This document shows, piece after piece, positions 1-8,645 of a stretch of DNA of 64,000 nucleotides. The stretch comes from an uncultured Acidobacteriota bacterium. GTDB taxonomy: Bacteria; Acidobacteriota; Thermoanaerobaculia; Gp7-AA8. The notes under the pieces are model-generated. The model was not told the origin of the DNA and ran no database searches. It worked only from the letters and a program-made list of their open reading frames with translations. Position numbers and translations under genes: made by a program. The first letter of the stretch is position 1; each line of letters starts with the position of its first letter. The stretch spans positions 61,975-125,974 of the forward strand of contig CAVUKB010000013.1 in assembly GCA_963741955.1 (NCBI GenBank), given 5' to 3'.

Positions 1-984
1 GAGGCCCGGGATTCCATGAACCACGTCCTCCTGCACATCCGGAGGAAGGGACGTCGAGATCCCGTTCAGGTAGAGCCAGGGGTGCTCGAGTCCTTCCGGC
101 TCGACGAATACGTGATGCTGGGCCTTCTCCGCGAAGCGGACCACCTTGTCTTCGATCGACGGGCAATACCGCGGACCGGTCCCCTCGATCTGTCCGGAGT
201 ACATCGGTGCGCGATGGAGATTTGCGCGAATGAGCTCGTGGATCCGCTCGTCCGTGTGGGTGAGCCAGCAGAGAACCTGCGGCTGAAAGACGCTGTCAGT
301 GAGGATCGAAAATGGGCGAGGGGTCTCGTCCCCTGGCGCTTCGGTCATTCGCGTGAAATCGGCAGAGCTTTTCGCGACGCGCGGAGGTGTGCCGGTCTTG
401 AGCCTTCCGAGGCGCAGACCGATTGCGGCGAGGGAGGTCGAGAGTGTCTCTGCGGAGGGTTCTCCGAAACGGCCCCCCACGGTCTTCTTCTCTCCGGAGT
501 GCATGAGTGAACGGAGAAACGTACCGGTGGTGACGATCACAGCCGGTGCGGCGAGAGATCTGCCGTCCTGGAGCGAAACTCCCGCGACGGCGTTTGCTTC
601 GATCTGAAGGTCGGATACGAGCCCTTCGACGATCGATAGATTCGGTTCGTTTTCGAGGGAGGTGCGGACCGTGGCGGCGTAAAGGTCGCGGTCGCACTGG
701 ACGCGCGGACCATGAACGGCGGGACCCTTCGACCGATTGAGGACTTTGAACTGGATTCCCGCCCGATCGGCCGCTTCCCCCATCAGACCACCCATGGCAT
801 CGATCTCCCGGACCAGGTGGCCTTTGGCGAGCCCTCCGATTGCCGGGTTGCACGACATCCGGCCGATGGCCTCGGCGATCATGGTGACCAGGGCGACCCG
901 GGCTCCTCCACGCGCAACGATGCGCGCAGCCTCGGCGCCGGCGTGACCGCCCCCGATCACGATCACGTCGAATCGATCACTCAT
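1..984 (-). CDS. mnmG: tRNA uridine-5-carboxymethylaminomethyl modification enzyme MnmG/GidA (5' part, runs off window)
   Basis: Manual translation from ATG at 984: MSDRFDVIVIGGGHAGAEAA...GRMSCNPAIGGLAKGHLVREIDAMGG, the GidA signature. Directly downstream of mnmE. Not in the ORF track. Confidence 0.97.
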   Translation of the reverse strand, partial: MSDRFDVIVIGGGHAGAEAARIVARGGARVALVTMIAEAIGRMSCNPAIGGLAKGHLVREIDAMGGLMGEAADRAGIQFKVLNRSKGPAVHGPRVQCDRDLYAATVRTSLENEPNLSIVEGLVSDLQIEANAVAGVSLQDGRSLAAPAVIVTTGTFLRSLMHSGEKKTVGGRFGEPSAETLSTSLAAIGLRLGRLKTGTPPRVAKSSADFTRMTEAPGDETPRPFSILTDSVFQPQVLCWLTHTDERIHELIRANLHRAPMYSGQIEGTGPRYCPSIEDKVVRFAEKAQHHVFVEPEGLEHPWLYLNGISTSLPPDVQEDVVHGIPGL

Positions 985-1000
985 GGTTCCACGTGAAACA
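985..1000. promoter_or_regulatory. parS centromere-like site
   Basis: GGTTCCACGTGAAACA differs from consensus TGTTNCACGTGAAACA only at position 1; origin-proximal. Confidence 0.88.
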
Positions 1001-2326
1001 TCACTTGCCGATGCAAAATTTTGCGAAGATCTCGTGCAGGATCTCGTCGCGCGTGACGGCCCCGGTCAGAAGCCCGATGGCGTTCGAGGCGCGATACAGC
1101 TCGACCAGAACGATCTCTTCGGTCGAGCCGGCGGCGAGTGCCGTCAAGGCCCCGTCGATCGCGTCAACCGTCTCCGCCACGGCGGCGCGCTGGCGTTCGT
1201 TAACGAGGGTCGGGCTCCCCTCTTCCGGAACGAACGTCGACCTCACCCGGGCATCGAGTGAAGTGAGCAATGCCTCCGTCCCTCGTCTTTCCGTGATCGA
1301 GATCCCGAGCGCACCCGGCGGCGGCTGCGCGAGATCGCACTTCGTGTAGATCAGCATCGAGGGAGCGAGAGAAGCGAGCTCCTTCATCTCGTCAGGATCC
1401 GGAACGGCAGAGGCGTCGATCAGGTAGATCACCAGATCCGCGGCTGCTGCCGCGTCCCGGGCGCGCCGGACTCCGATCTCCTCCACCACGTCCTCGCTCA
1501 CGCGCAGTCCCGCGGTGTCGGTGACCGTCACCGGGATACCGCCGATCTCGATCGTCTCCCGCACCAGGTCACGGGTCGTTCCCGGGATTGGCGTCACGAT
1601 CGCGCGCTCGGTCCCACAGAGAAAATTCAGGAGTGTCGATTTCCCCGCGTTCGGCTTGCCAAGAATCACCGCGCTCAATCCGTGCGTCACCGCGCGACCT
1701 CTCTCGTAAGTCGCAAGCATGCGGAGAGACTCCTCGCGCGCGTTCCGGAGAGTTCGCTCCACTTCGTTTCTCTCGATGAATTCGTACCCTTCGTCCGCGA
1801 AGTCGAGCGCTGCTTCGAGCCGCGAGATGACGTGAAGAAGAGACGAGCGGACGGATGTGCCGATCCGGCTCACTTCTCCATCCAGATTCGACAGTGCGAC
1901 CCTCGCCTGAACCGTCGTGCGCGAGGCGATCAAATCACCGATCGCCTCCGCCTGAACCAGATCGAGCTTCCCGTTCAGCACCGCTCTTTCGGTGAACTCA
2001 CCCGGCTCGGCAATCCGCGCTCCCGCGCGGAGCGCTTCCTGCAGCAGGCGCTCGACCAGAAAGGGATTTCCGTGCAGAGAGACCTCGACGAGATCATTGC
2101 CGGTGAAGGATCGAGGAGCGCGGTATCCGGTGACGACAGCGTCGTCGAATGCGTCGCCGATCTCGAGCCGTCGCAGCTGCGGCTCCCGCTCCCGCAGCGT
2201 GCGACCGCCGCTCAGACGCTCGAGGATGGCGAAGGATTCCGGTCCATCGAGACGTACGATGGCAAGCGCGCTTCGACCTTGTGGAGTCGCCGGCGCAATG
2301 ATCGTCTCGATCTTCTCCGACGTCAG
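1001..2326 (-). CDS. mnmE: tRNA modification GTPase MnmE/TrmE
   Basis: GKPNAGKS, IVTPIPGTTRD, DTAG, C-terminal FCIGK. The frame is open upstream of the tracked start (1981) and gives the conserved N-terminus ETIIAPATPQGRSALAIVRLDGP...APRSFTGND...PGEFTERA. Start placed at CTG 2326. Confidence 0.95.
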   Translation of the reverse strand: MTSEKIETIIAPATPQGRSALAIVRLDGPESFAILERLSGGRTLREREPQLRRLEIGDAFDDAVVTGYRAPRSFTGNDLVEVSLHGNPFLVERLLQEALRAGARIAEPGEFTERAVLNGKLDLVQAEAIGDLIASRTTVQARVALSNLDGEVSRIGTSVRSSLLHVISRLEAALDFADEGYEFIERNEVERTLRNAREESLRMLATYERGRAVTHGLSAVILGKPNAGKSTLLNFLCGTERAIVTPIPGTTRDLVRETIEIGGIPVTVTDTAGLRVSEDVVEEIGVRRARDAAAAADLVIYLIDASAVPDPDEMKELASLAPSMLIYTKCDLAQPPPGALGISITERRGTEALLTSLDARVRSTFVPEEGSPTLVNERQRAAVAETVDAIDGALTALAAGSTEEIVLVELYRASNAIGLLTGAVTRDEILHEIFAKFCIGK

Positions 2327-2332
2327 CCCACC

Positions 2333-3169
2333 TCACGCATCAGCGCGGGGGATGATGGCGATCCGTTTGTAGAAGCCATCACCCCGTGATTCGGTCGTCA
2401 CGTCGGCATCATCCTGGAGCGCGAGATGCACGATGCGTCGCTCGATCGGTGTCATCGATGGCAGGAGCTGCTCGCCGCCTTCTGCCCGTACGAAGTCCGC
2501 CAGTTCCCGCGCCCGCGCCTCCAGACGCTCGATCCGCTGTTCTTTGAATCCGCTGCTGTCGAATTCGATCTGCTTCGTAACACTTATGCCGCTAAGTGAC
2601 TTGTTTGCAAGTACTTGCAACGAGTCCAACAGCTCTCCGTCGCGGGCGGTCAGTCGTTCCGAGTCCTCACCGTACAACCTCACTTCGATCTGCTCGTCGT
2701 TTTCCTCGGTTCGCACAGACAAATCGAGACCAGCGAGAGAAAACAGCTCCTCGCACCATCCCCGCACTTTCCCTGCCCCTTCGGATTCATCACCCTGTGG
2801 GGGGATCTCGACCGGCTCGCGATGTCGTGGAGTCTTCCGATCGGAGCGCTCTGTTCGACTCCCCCGATCCCTTCGGCCATCGTCGTTCCGCGATCTTCTG
2901 CTCCGCGCCGGACGGGCGGCGGCGCCGGGTGCTGGCGTCGGGAGCTCAGGTGATGCGGTCGTGGCGGCTGCAGGGGTTTCGATCCGTTCACTGATCTCGG
3001 CGATCTCGGCGATCTCGGCCTGAATCACGATCCGCTTGATCCCACCGAGGAAACCCCGCTTCTCCACCACGACGTGATAGTCGAGTCGGTGGGTGTCGAC
3101 GCCGAGGTCCGCCGCTGCCTTTTGAAGCGCGTCCTCGAGGTTGCTGCCTTCGTAACGACGTCCTGCCAT
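2333..3169 (-). CDS. jag: Jag/EloR (KhpB) RNA-binding protein, Jag_N + KH + R3H
   Basis: N-terminal EKRGFLG motif; R3H-type MTPIERRIVHLAL...TTESRGDG; position after yidC. Confidence 0.93.
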   Translation of the reverse strand: MAGRRYEGSNLEDALQKAAADLGVDTHRLDYHVVVEKRGFLGGIKRIVIQAEIAEIAEISERIETPAAATTASPELPTPAPGAAARPARSRRSRNDDGRRDRGSRTERSDRKTPRHREPVEIPPQGDESEGAGKVRGWCEELFSLAGLDLSVRTEENDEQIEVRLYGEDSERLTARDGELLDSLQVLANKSLSGISVTKQIEFDSSGFKEQRIERLEARARELADFVRAEGGEQLLPSMTPIERRIVHLALQDDADVTTESRGDGFYKRIAIIPRADA

Positions 3170-3182
3170 GATCAGTATGTCC

Positions 3183-4874
3183 TCACCCAGGAAGGCTCTC
3201 GGGATGCTCCTTCCAGTAGTAGTTCATGATCCCCTGCTGAGCGATTGTAAGGATATTCTGAACCAGCCAGTAGAGAACCAGTCCGCTCGGGAACTCCTTG
3301 AAAATCCACCCGAAGATCAACGGCATGAAGAGGAACATGCGACGCTGCGTCGGATCGGCCGTCGTCGGAGTCATCCACTGCTGGACGAACATGGTCACCA
3401 TCATCAGAATCGGCGTGATGTAGTACGGATCCTTCGCCGAAAGATCTTTGATCCAGAAGATGAACGGTTCGCCCCGCACCGCGATGGCGTGAGAGAGAAG
3501 GCTGTAGAACGCCCAGAGGATCGGCAGCTGCAGGAGCATCGGGAAACACCCGCTCATCGGGTTGATTCCTTCCTGCGAGTAGAGCTTCATCATTTCGGCG
3601 TTCAGCCGTTGCTTCTGTTGTGGATCGGTTTTCGCCTTCCTGAATTTGTCGCGCAGCGCATTCACCTTCGGCTGGATGCGCTGCATCTTCTTCATCGAAA
3701 CGATGCTCTTGTGCTGGAGCGGATAGAGGAGGAGCTTGATCACGACGGTGAGAAAGATGATCGCCCAACCATAGTTGCCGGTGAAGGTGTAGATCCATTT
3801 CAGCGCGATCAGGAGGACCCGGGCGATGACACCGAAAATTCCGAACTGCAGAGTCTTTTCGAGACCGTACTGCTGCAGCAGCTCGACTTCTTTCGGTCCG
3901 AAGAACGCCTTCCCTTCCACGGTTCCGTTCACCGCGTTCAGGCCGGCGTAAAGCTCTCTTCTCTTTTTCGACTTCTCGAGGGGAGCGGGAACGTCGATTG
4001 CGCGGAACACGGCATCCCCGCTCTTCGTGGGGATGAAAACCGCGAGGAAGTAATTGTCCTCGATTCCGACGAACTGGGGCTGGCCCGAGAACAACTGGAA
4101 TGCTTCGGCCTTCTCGCGTCCGACCACTTTCAGAGAACCGTCTTCGCGTTGCACGACTCCGTTGCCCGAAGCCATGAAGCGGTTCTCGATCTCGTTCTGT
4201 CCGAGCTTTCTCATCCCCGGACCGAGGACGATCCGGTACGGCTGGCTGATCCCTTCCACCCGGATCGAGAAGTCGAACGGATACGCTGTTCCGAACGTGA
4301 ACTTCTTGGTCACCTTGACCACGCCTGGTTGTGCGTACTGGAACGTGATCACGTGCTTTCCGCCCGAATCCTCCTCGGACATCTGGTAGAGCGATCCGTT
4401 CACCAGCCGGTTTAGTGTCTCGTCCGGGGTGATGATGGCGAACGGAAAATCCGAACGATCCGCAGCCCGAGCTTTGACGAGATTGACCTCATCGCCCTCT
4501 TCGTCGCGGTAGCGATGGAGCAGAAACGTCGTGAGCTGACCGCCGCGGTTCGAGAAGCGCGCCTCGTAGGCCGGCTTCTTCACTGTCGCTTCCCGCGGGC
4601 CGGCGGCCTGAATGGCCTCTTGCGGTGTCGCGGAAACCGGCGCAGGCGAAGAAGCGGAGGATGCGGTCACGGGAGCGGTGGTCCCCGGCGGCGGAGCGGT
4701 CGCGGAAGGAGGAGCCGCGGAGCCGGACGCCGGCGCCTGAGTCGCCGTCGACGAGGCCTTCTGCGCTGCCTCCTTCTGCTTCGCGAGCTCGGGGAAGAAT
4801 TTCGGGAGCAACGCGCCCCATGCGAAGAGGAGCGCGATCGAAAGAAGAACTGCGATGAACAGACGCTTTTCCAT
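3183..4874 (-). CDS. yidC: Membrane protein insertase YidC
   Basis: NYGWAIIFLT...KLLLYPL, INPMSGCFPMLLQLP, WIKDLSAKDPYY, PSGLVLYW. Confidence 0.97.
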   Translation of the reverse strand: MEKRLFIAVLLSIALLFAWGALLPKFFPELAKQKEAAQKASSTATQAPASGSAAPPSATAPPPGTTAPVTASSASSPAPVSATPQEAIQAAGPREATVKKPAYEARFSNRGGQLTTFLLHRYRDEEGDEVNLVKARAADRSDFPFAIITPDETLNRLVNGSLYQMSEEDSGGKHVITFQYAQPGVVKVTKKFTFGTAYPFDFSIRVEGISQPYRIVLGPGMRKLGQNEIENRFMASGNGVVQREDGSLKVVGREKAEAFQLFSGQPQFVGIEDNYFLAVFIPTKSGDAVFRAIDVPAPLEKSKKRRELYAGLNAVNGTVEGKAFFGPKEVELLQQYGLEKTLQFGIFGVIARVLLIALKWIYTFTGNYGWAIIFLTVVIKLLLYPLQHKSIVSMKKMQRIQPKVNALRDKFRKAKTDPQQKQRLNAEMMKLYSQEGINPMSGCFPMLLQLPILWAFYSLLSHAIAVRGEPFIFWIKDLSAKDPYYITPILMMVTMFVQQWMTPTTADPTQRRMFLFMPLIFGWIFKEFPSGLVLYWLVQNILTIAQQGIMNYYWKEHPESLPG

Positions 4875-4875
4875 T

Positions 4876-5085
4876 TCAGGGGACGGGGTCCCAACCTCCA
4901 GGATTCAGTGGATGGCAGCGGAACAGCCGCTTGATCGCGAGCCACGAGCCGCGGAGCGCTCCGTACTTCTCGACGGCCTGCATCGCGTAGACGGAACAGG
5001 TCGGTTCAAACCGGCACATCGGAGGGAGCAGGGGTGAAATGAATCGCTTGTAGAAGCGAAGGAGGAAAAGGAGGATGCCTCGCAT
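4876..5085 (-). CDS. yidD: Membrane protein insertion efficiency factor YidD
   Basis: [22 protein letters not shown]...[14 protein letters not shown]; ATG at 5085. Confidence 0.95.
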   Translation of the reverse strand: MRGILLFLLRFYKRFISPLLPPMCRFEPTCSVYAMQAVEKYGALRGSWLAIKRLFRCHPLNPGGWDPVP

Positions 5086-5086
5086 C

Positions 5087-5500
5087 TCAACCGCTCTGCC
5101 TCTGTCTGCGGAGCGAATCAGCCGCACGCCTGAATCCTCGTCCGAGATCTTCGGAGAAGGCGTGAAAGTCGGCTTCCGATGCGCTCGTTTTCAGATTGAC
5201 CACGAAATCGATCGATTCGGATGCGAAGCCGAGAGGCGCTCGCTGCCGGCGATAAACCTCGCGAACCCACCGCTTCAAGCGGTTCCGAACGGCGGCTTTC
5301 CCGACCCGCTTCGGAGCCGTGATTCCGATCCGTGGATGTCCGAGATCGTTACTTTTCGCAAAGACCACAGAGTACCGGACGAAGGTCCGGTTACCCTCTT
5401 CATATGTGCTGAGGAACTCGCGCCGCCGGGTAATCCGCTGCTGCCTCGACAGCGCCTCCGATGCGGAACGGTGTGGTCTGGTGGCTCCAGACATCGGCAT
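5087..5500 (-). CDS. rnpA: Ribonuclease P protein component
   Basis: [21 protein letters not shown] motif; lies between rpmH and yidD. Confidence 0.93.
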   Translation of the reverse strand: MPMSGATRPHRSASEALSRQQRITRRREFLSTYEEGNRTFVRYSVVFAKSNDLGHPRIGITAPKRVGKAAVRNRLKRWVREVYRRQRAPLGFASESIDFVVNLKTSASEADFHAFSEDLGRGFRRAADSLRRQRQSG

Positions 5501-5526
5501 CCCCGGTACGAGGAGTCCGGAACCGC

Positions 5527-5661
5527 TCAGACCGCGAGGCGCTTGCGTCCTTTGCGGCGCCGGCGTGAAATGACTGCCTGGCCGTTTTTCGTCCTCATCC
5601 GGACGAGGAAGCCGTGCGTGCGCTTCCGGCGGCGGTTGTTCGGTTGAAAAGTACGTTTCAT
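5527..5661 (-). CDS. rpmH: 50S ribosomal protein L34
   Basis: Manual translation [44 protein letters not shown] (44 aa, below the ORF track cutoff). Confidence 0.97.
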   Translation of the reverse strand: MKRTFQPNNRRRKRTHGFLVRMRTKNGQAVISRRRRKGRKRLAV

Positions 5662-5700
5662 AGTTCGACCTTATTCTCAGGGTAATTGAAGGAACCGCAG

Positions 5701-5729
5701 AGTATAGTGACGCCCCCCGGCAGGGTCAA
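5701..5729 (-). promoter_or_regulatory. sigma70-type promoter of the rpmH operon
   Basis: TTGACC-N17-TATACT on the minus strand. Confidence 0.75.
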
Positions 5730-5819
5730 CCCGGACGCCGGACGACAAACCGCAAACTGACCGGAGAGGGACTCTATTCCACCCTCCGAAAGCGTCCCTC
5801 CAGGGGGGTTCTAACTGTC

Positions 5820-5848
5820 TTGATGAGCCTCTTCCGCTGTGCTACACT
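5820..5848 (+). promoter_or_regulatory. sigma70-type promoter of dnaA
   Basis: TTGATG-N17-TACACT with extended TGn. Confidence 0.65.
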
Positions 5849-5872
5849 CGCCAACCCTTCTCGTGTAGCAGT

Positions 5873-5903
5873 TTTTCCACAATTGTGGAAAAGTTGTGGA
5901 ATC
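5873..5903. promoter_or_regulatory. DnaA box cluster (autoregulation or oriC1)
   Basis: TTTTCCACA (5873-5881), TGTGGAAAA (5884-5892), TGTGGAATC (5895-5903). Confidence 0.85.
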
Positions 5904-7236
5904 TCTAAAGGATAGCCCCCCCGGTATGAATCTCTGGAACCAGGTCCTCAGCCGGCTTGAAGAGCGACTCGATGCGGCGGAATTCGAGCAATGGTTCCAG
6001 CCGACGCACTTCCTCGCCGAGAAGGGCGACATCATCGACGTCCGGGTTCCCGATTCCCGTTTCGTGGACGAAATCACGGAGCGCTACGGCCGCGCGATCC
6101 GCGGAATTCTTTCCGAAATGGATTCCGACCGGACCCGGATCCAGTTCGTCGCCGACGCCACCGCTCCGAAAAGACAGACCTCGAGTCAGGTCAAAGTCTC
6201 CCCGGCCGCCGATCTTCCTCCTTCGATCTTCAATCCCCGATACACCTTTTCCACCTTCGTGGTCGGAAATTCGAATCAGCTCGCCTACGCCGCCTCCCTA
6301 TCGATCGCCGAGAACCCGAGCGGTTCCTTCAACCCGCTCTTCATTTACGGCGGCGCGGGGCTCGGGAAAACCCATCTGATCCAGGCCATCGGTCAAAAGA
6401 TCTTCCGGGGACGGGAGCAGATGAAGGTCGTCTACATGTCAGCCGACAACTTCGTCACCGAGTTGATCTCGTCGATCCGCTATGACCGGATGGCGGCTTT
6501 CCGGGAAAGATACCGCTCCGTCGACGCTCTCCTTCTCGACGACATCCAGTTCCTGGCCGGGAAGGAACGGACGCAGGAGGAGTTCTTCCATACGTTCAAC
6601 GCCCTGTACGAAGCCCAGAAACAGATCGTCTTCACCTCGGATGCTCCACCACGCGAAATACCGACGCTCGAGGAGCGCCTCCGCTCGCGTTTCGAATGGG
6701 GGCTGATCGCAGACATCCAACCCCCCGATATCGAGACGAAGGTCGCGATCATCCGGAAGAAGGCGGAGGAACGACGGATCGATCTGTCGGACGACGTGGC
6801 GCTCTTCATCGCCGAGCGAGTGCGCTCGAACGTGCGGGAGCTCGAGGGGCATCTGAATCGGGTCGTCGCTTTCGCGTCGTTGACCGGACATACCATCGAT
6901 CTCGATCTGACGAAAGAAGCACTCCGGGACCTCCTCGCCAAGGAAAACAAGCCGATCACCGGGAGCGAGATCCTGAAGGTGGTCGCAAATCACTACGGAA
7001 TCAAGGTGGCCGAGTTGAAGTCGAAGTCGAACTCGCGACCCATCGCCTACCCTCGTCAGATCGCGATGTTTCTCTGTAAATCGCTGACGGACCTCTCGTA
7101 CCCGGAGATCGGAAAACTCTTCAACAACAAGCATCACTCCACCGTGATCTACTCCGTCGAGAAAATCGACCGGTTGAAGGAAGAGGATCCTGCCGTCGCG
7201 AATACCGTCGAAATGCTGATCAAGCACTTTCGATGA
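5896..7236 (+). CDS. dnaA: Chromosomal replication initiator DnaA
   Basis: NPLFIYGGAGLGKTHL, LLDDIQF, RLRSRFEWGL, NVRELEG. True start could be ATG 5926. Confidence 0.98.
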   Translation: MESLKDSPPGMNLWNQVLSRLEERLDAAEFEQWFQPTHFLAEKGDIIDVRVPDSRFVDEITERYGRAIRGILSEMDSDRTRIQFVADATAPKRQTSSQVKVSPAADLPPSIFNPRYTFSTFVVGNSNQLAYAASLSIAENPSGSFNPLFIYGGAGLGKTHLIQAIGQKIFRGREQMKVVYMSADNFVTELISSIRYDRMAAFRERYRSVDALLLDDIQFLAGKERTQEEFFHTFNALYEAQKQIVFTSDAPPREIPTLEERLRSRFEWGLIADIQPPDIETKVAIIRKKAEERRIDLSDDVALFIAERVRSNVRELEGHLNRVVAFASLTGHTIDLDLTKEALRDLLAKENKPITGSEILKVVANHYGIKVAELKSKSNSRPIAYPRQIAMFLCKSLTDLSYPEIGKLFNNKHHSTVIYSVEKIDRLKEEDPAVANTVEMLIKHFR

Positions 7237-7511
7237 CTCTCGAGATTCGAAGTCGTCTCCTTCTTTCCTGGAAAGCTGATGAAACTGATGAGGAATACCT
7301 GCGGAAAAAGAAGCGACCTTCCGGACCGGCTCTCCGGCTGCGGAAAACCGGCTGCCAATTCCGCGGCTTTTCCGCCGATCGACCCACAGCATTCCACGAG
7401 CCGGACTGCTATACTTTTTCAACGAGTTGGGTCACCGTCACCCGTTTTTCCACGTCGACTACCACTACGATGTACTAATCTCTTAAAAGAGTTTTCTCTT
7501 AAGGTAGAAGC
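7237..7511. other. Probable oriC (dnaA-dnaN intergenic)
   Basis: Box-like 9-mers at 7300, 7339, 7357, 7368, 7390, 7416 and 7446, then trio-like ACTACCACTACGATGTACTA (7458-7477) and an AT-rich tract. Confidence 0.8.
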
Positions 7512-8639
7512 ATGGAGCTGAGCGTCGCGAAAGCCGATCTGCAGAAGGAACTGCAACTCTGTCAGGGCGTGGTCGAGAAGCGATCGACCATCCCGATACT
7601 CTCGAATGTCCTGATCCGTGCCGCCGGTGATCGTCTCGAGATCGCGGCGACGGACCTCGATGTGACTCTGGAGAGTTCGTGTCCGGCGCGAGTGAAAACC
7701 GAGGGAGGGATGACCGTCGAAGCGCGCCGCTTCTTCGACGTCGTGCGTTCGTTACCGGACGATGAAGTCAAGCTCACCCTCCAGGAAAACCTCTCGCTTC
7801 TGATCGAGTCGGGGAGTGCGAAGTTCCGCCTTCTCGGTCTTCCTGTCGAGGACTATCCGACGCTTCCGAAGATCTCGACGAAGGAGAGTTTCGAAGCGCC
7901 GTTCGACGATCTGAAGACGATGGTCGAGAAGGTGATCTTCGCGATCACCCACGAAGAGACTCGATTCCAGCTCAACGGTGCGTTGCTCAAGATCGACGGG
8001 AACAAACTGGAGATGGTCGCGACGGATGGCCACCGAATGGCGCTGGTCAACGTGCAGAGTGGAGGCGGGAAGAACGGGAAGAAGGAAGGCATGACGATCC
8101 TCGTCCCGAGAAAAGCCCTTCACGAGCTGACTCGTCTCGAGGCGGAAGAGGATGACGGGAAAGTCCGGTTCGGGACTGCGGACAATCATCTCTTCTTCGA
8201 GGTCGGTCCGCGACGTCTGATGGCGCGGATGATCGACGTGAATTTTCCGAACTACATGGAAGTCATCGCTCGCGACAACGACCGCAAGATCGTGGTGGAT
8301 CGGGAGAGACTTCTTTCGACCATCCGTCGCATCTCGCTCGTCGCGAACGAGCGGACTCGCGCGATCCGTTTCGATTTCGGGCCGGGCAAACTGACCGTCT
8401 CGTCGACGAACCCGGAGCTCGGCGACGCGCGAGAGACCGTGCCGATCGAGTACTCCGGAGACCCGTTCTACATCGGACTCAATGCGGCGTATCTCACCGA
8501 TTTTCTCGGAGTCGTCGATACCCAGAACATCTCCCTCGAGCTCAAGGACGAGAACAGCCAGTGCATCGGCCGCCCATTCGCCGCGGATGGACTCGAATAC
8601 GACTACCTGTACGTCGTGATGCCGATGCGGATCTCCTGA
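7512..8639 (+). CDS. dnaN: DNA polymerase III beta clamp
   Basis: STIPILSNVL, ATDLD, VATDGHRMA, YVVMPMRI. Confidence 0.98.
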   Translation: MELSVAKADLQKELQLCQGVVEKRSTIPILSNVLIRAAGDRLEIAATDLDVTLESSCPARVKTEGGMTVEARRFFDVVRSLPDDEVKLTLQENLSLLIESGSAKFRLLGLPVEDYPTLPKISTKESFEAPFDDLKTMVEKVIFAITHEETRFQLNGALLKIDGNKLEMVATDGHRMALVNVQSGGGKNGKKEGMTILVPRKALHELTRLEAEEDDGKVRFGTADNHLFFEVGPRRLMARMIDVNFPNYMEVIARDNDRKIVVDRERLLSTIRRISLVANERTRAIRFDFGPGKLTVSSTNPELGDARETVPIEYSGDPFYIGLNAAYLTDFLGVVDTQNISLELKDENSQCIGRPFAADGLEYDYLYVVMPMRIS

Positions 8640-8645
8640 CGCTCC

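Noticed and set aside
16-996. Tracked ORFs 16-510, 296-853 and 712-996
   Set aside because: The region is occupied by mnmG on the minus strand in a frame the track missed because it runs off the window.
2993-3020. Short tandem repeat GATCTCGGC in jag
   Set aside because: Encodes AEIAEI in a variable linker; too short to imply phase variation.
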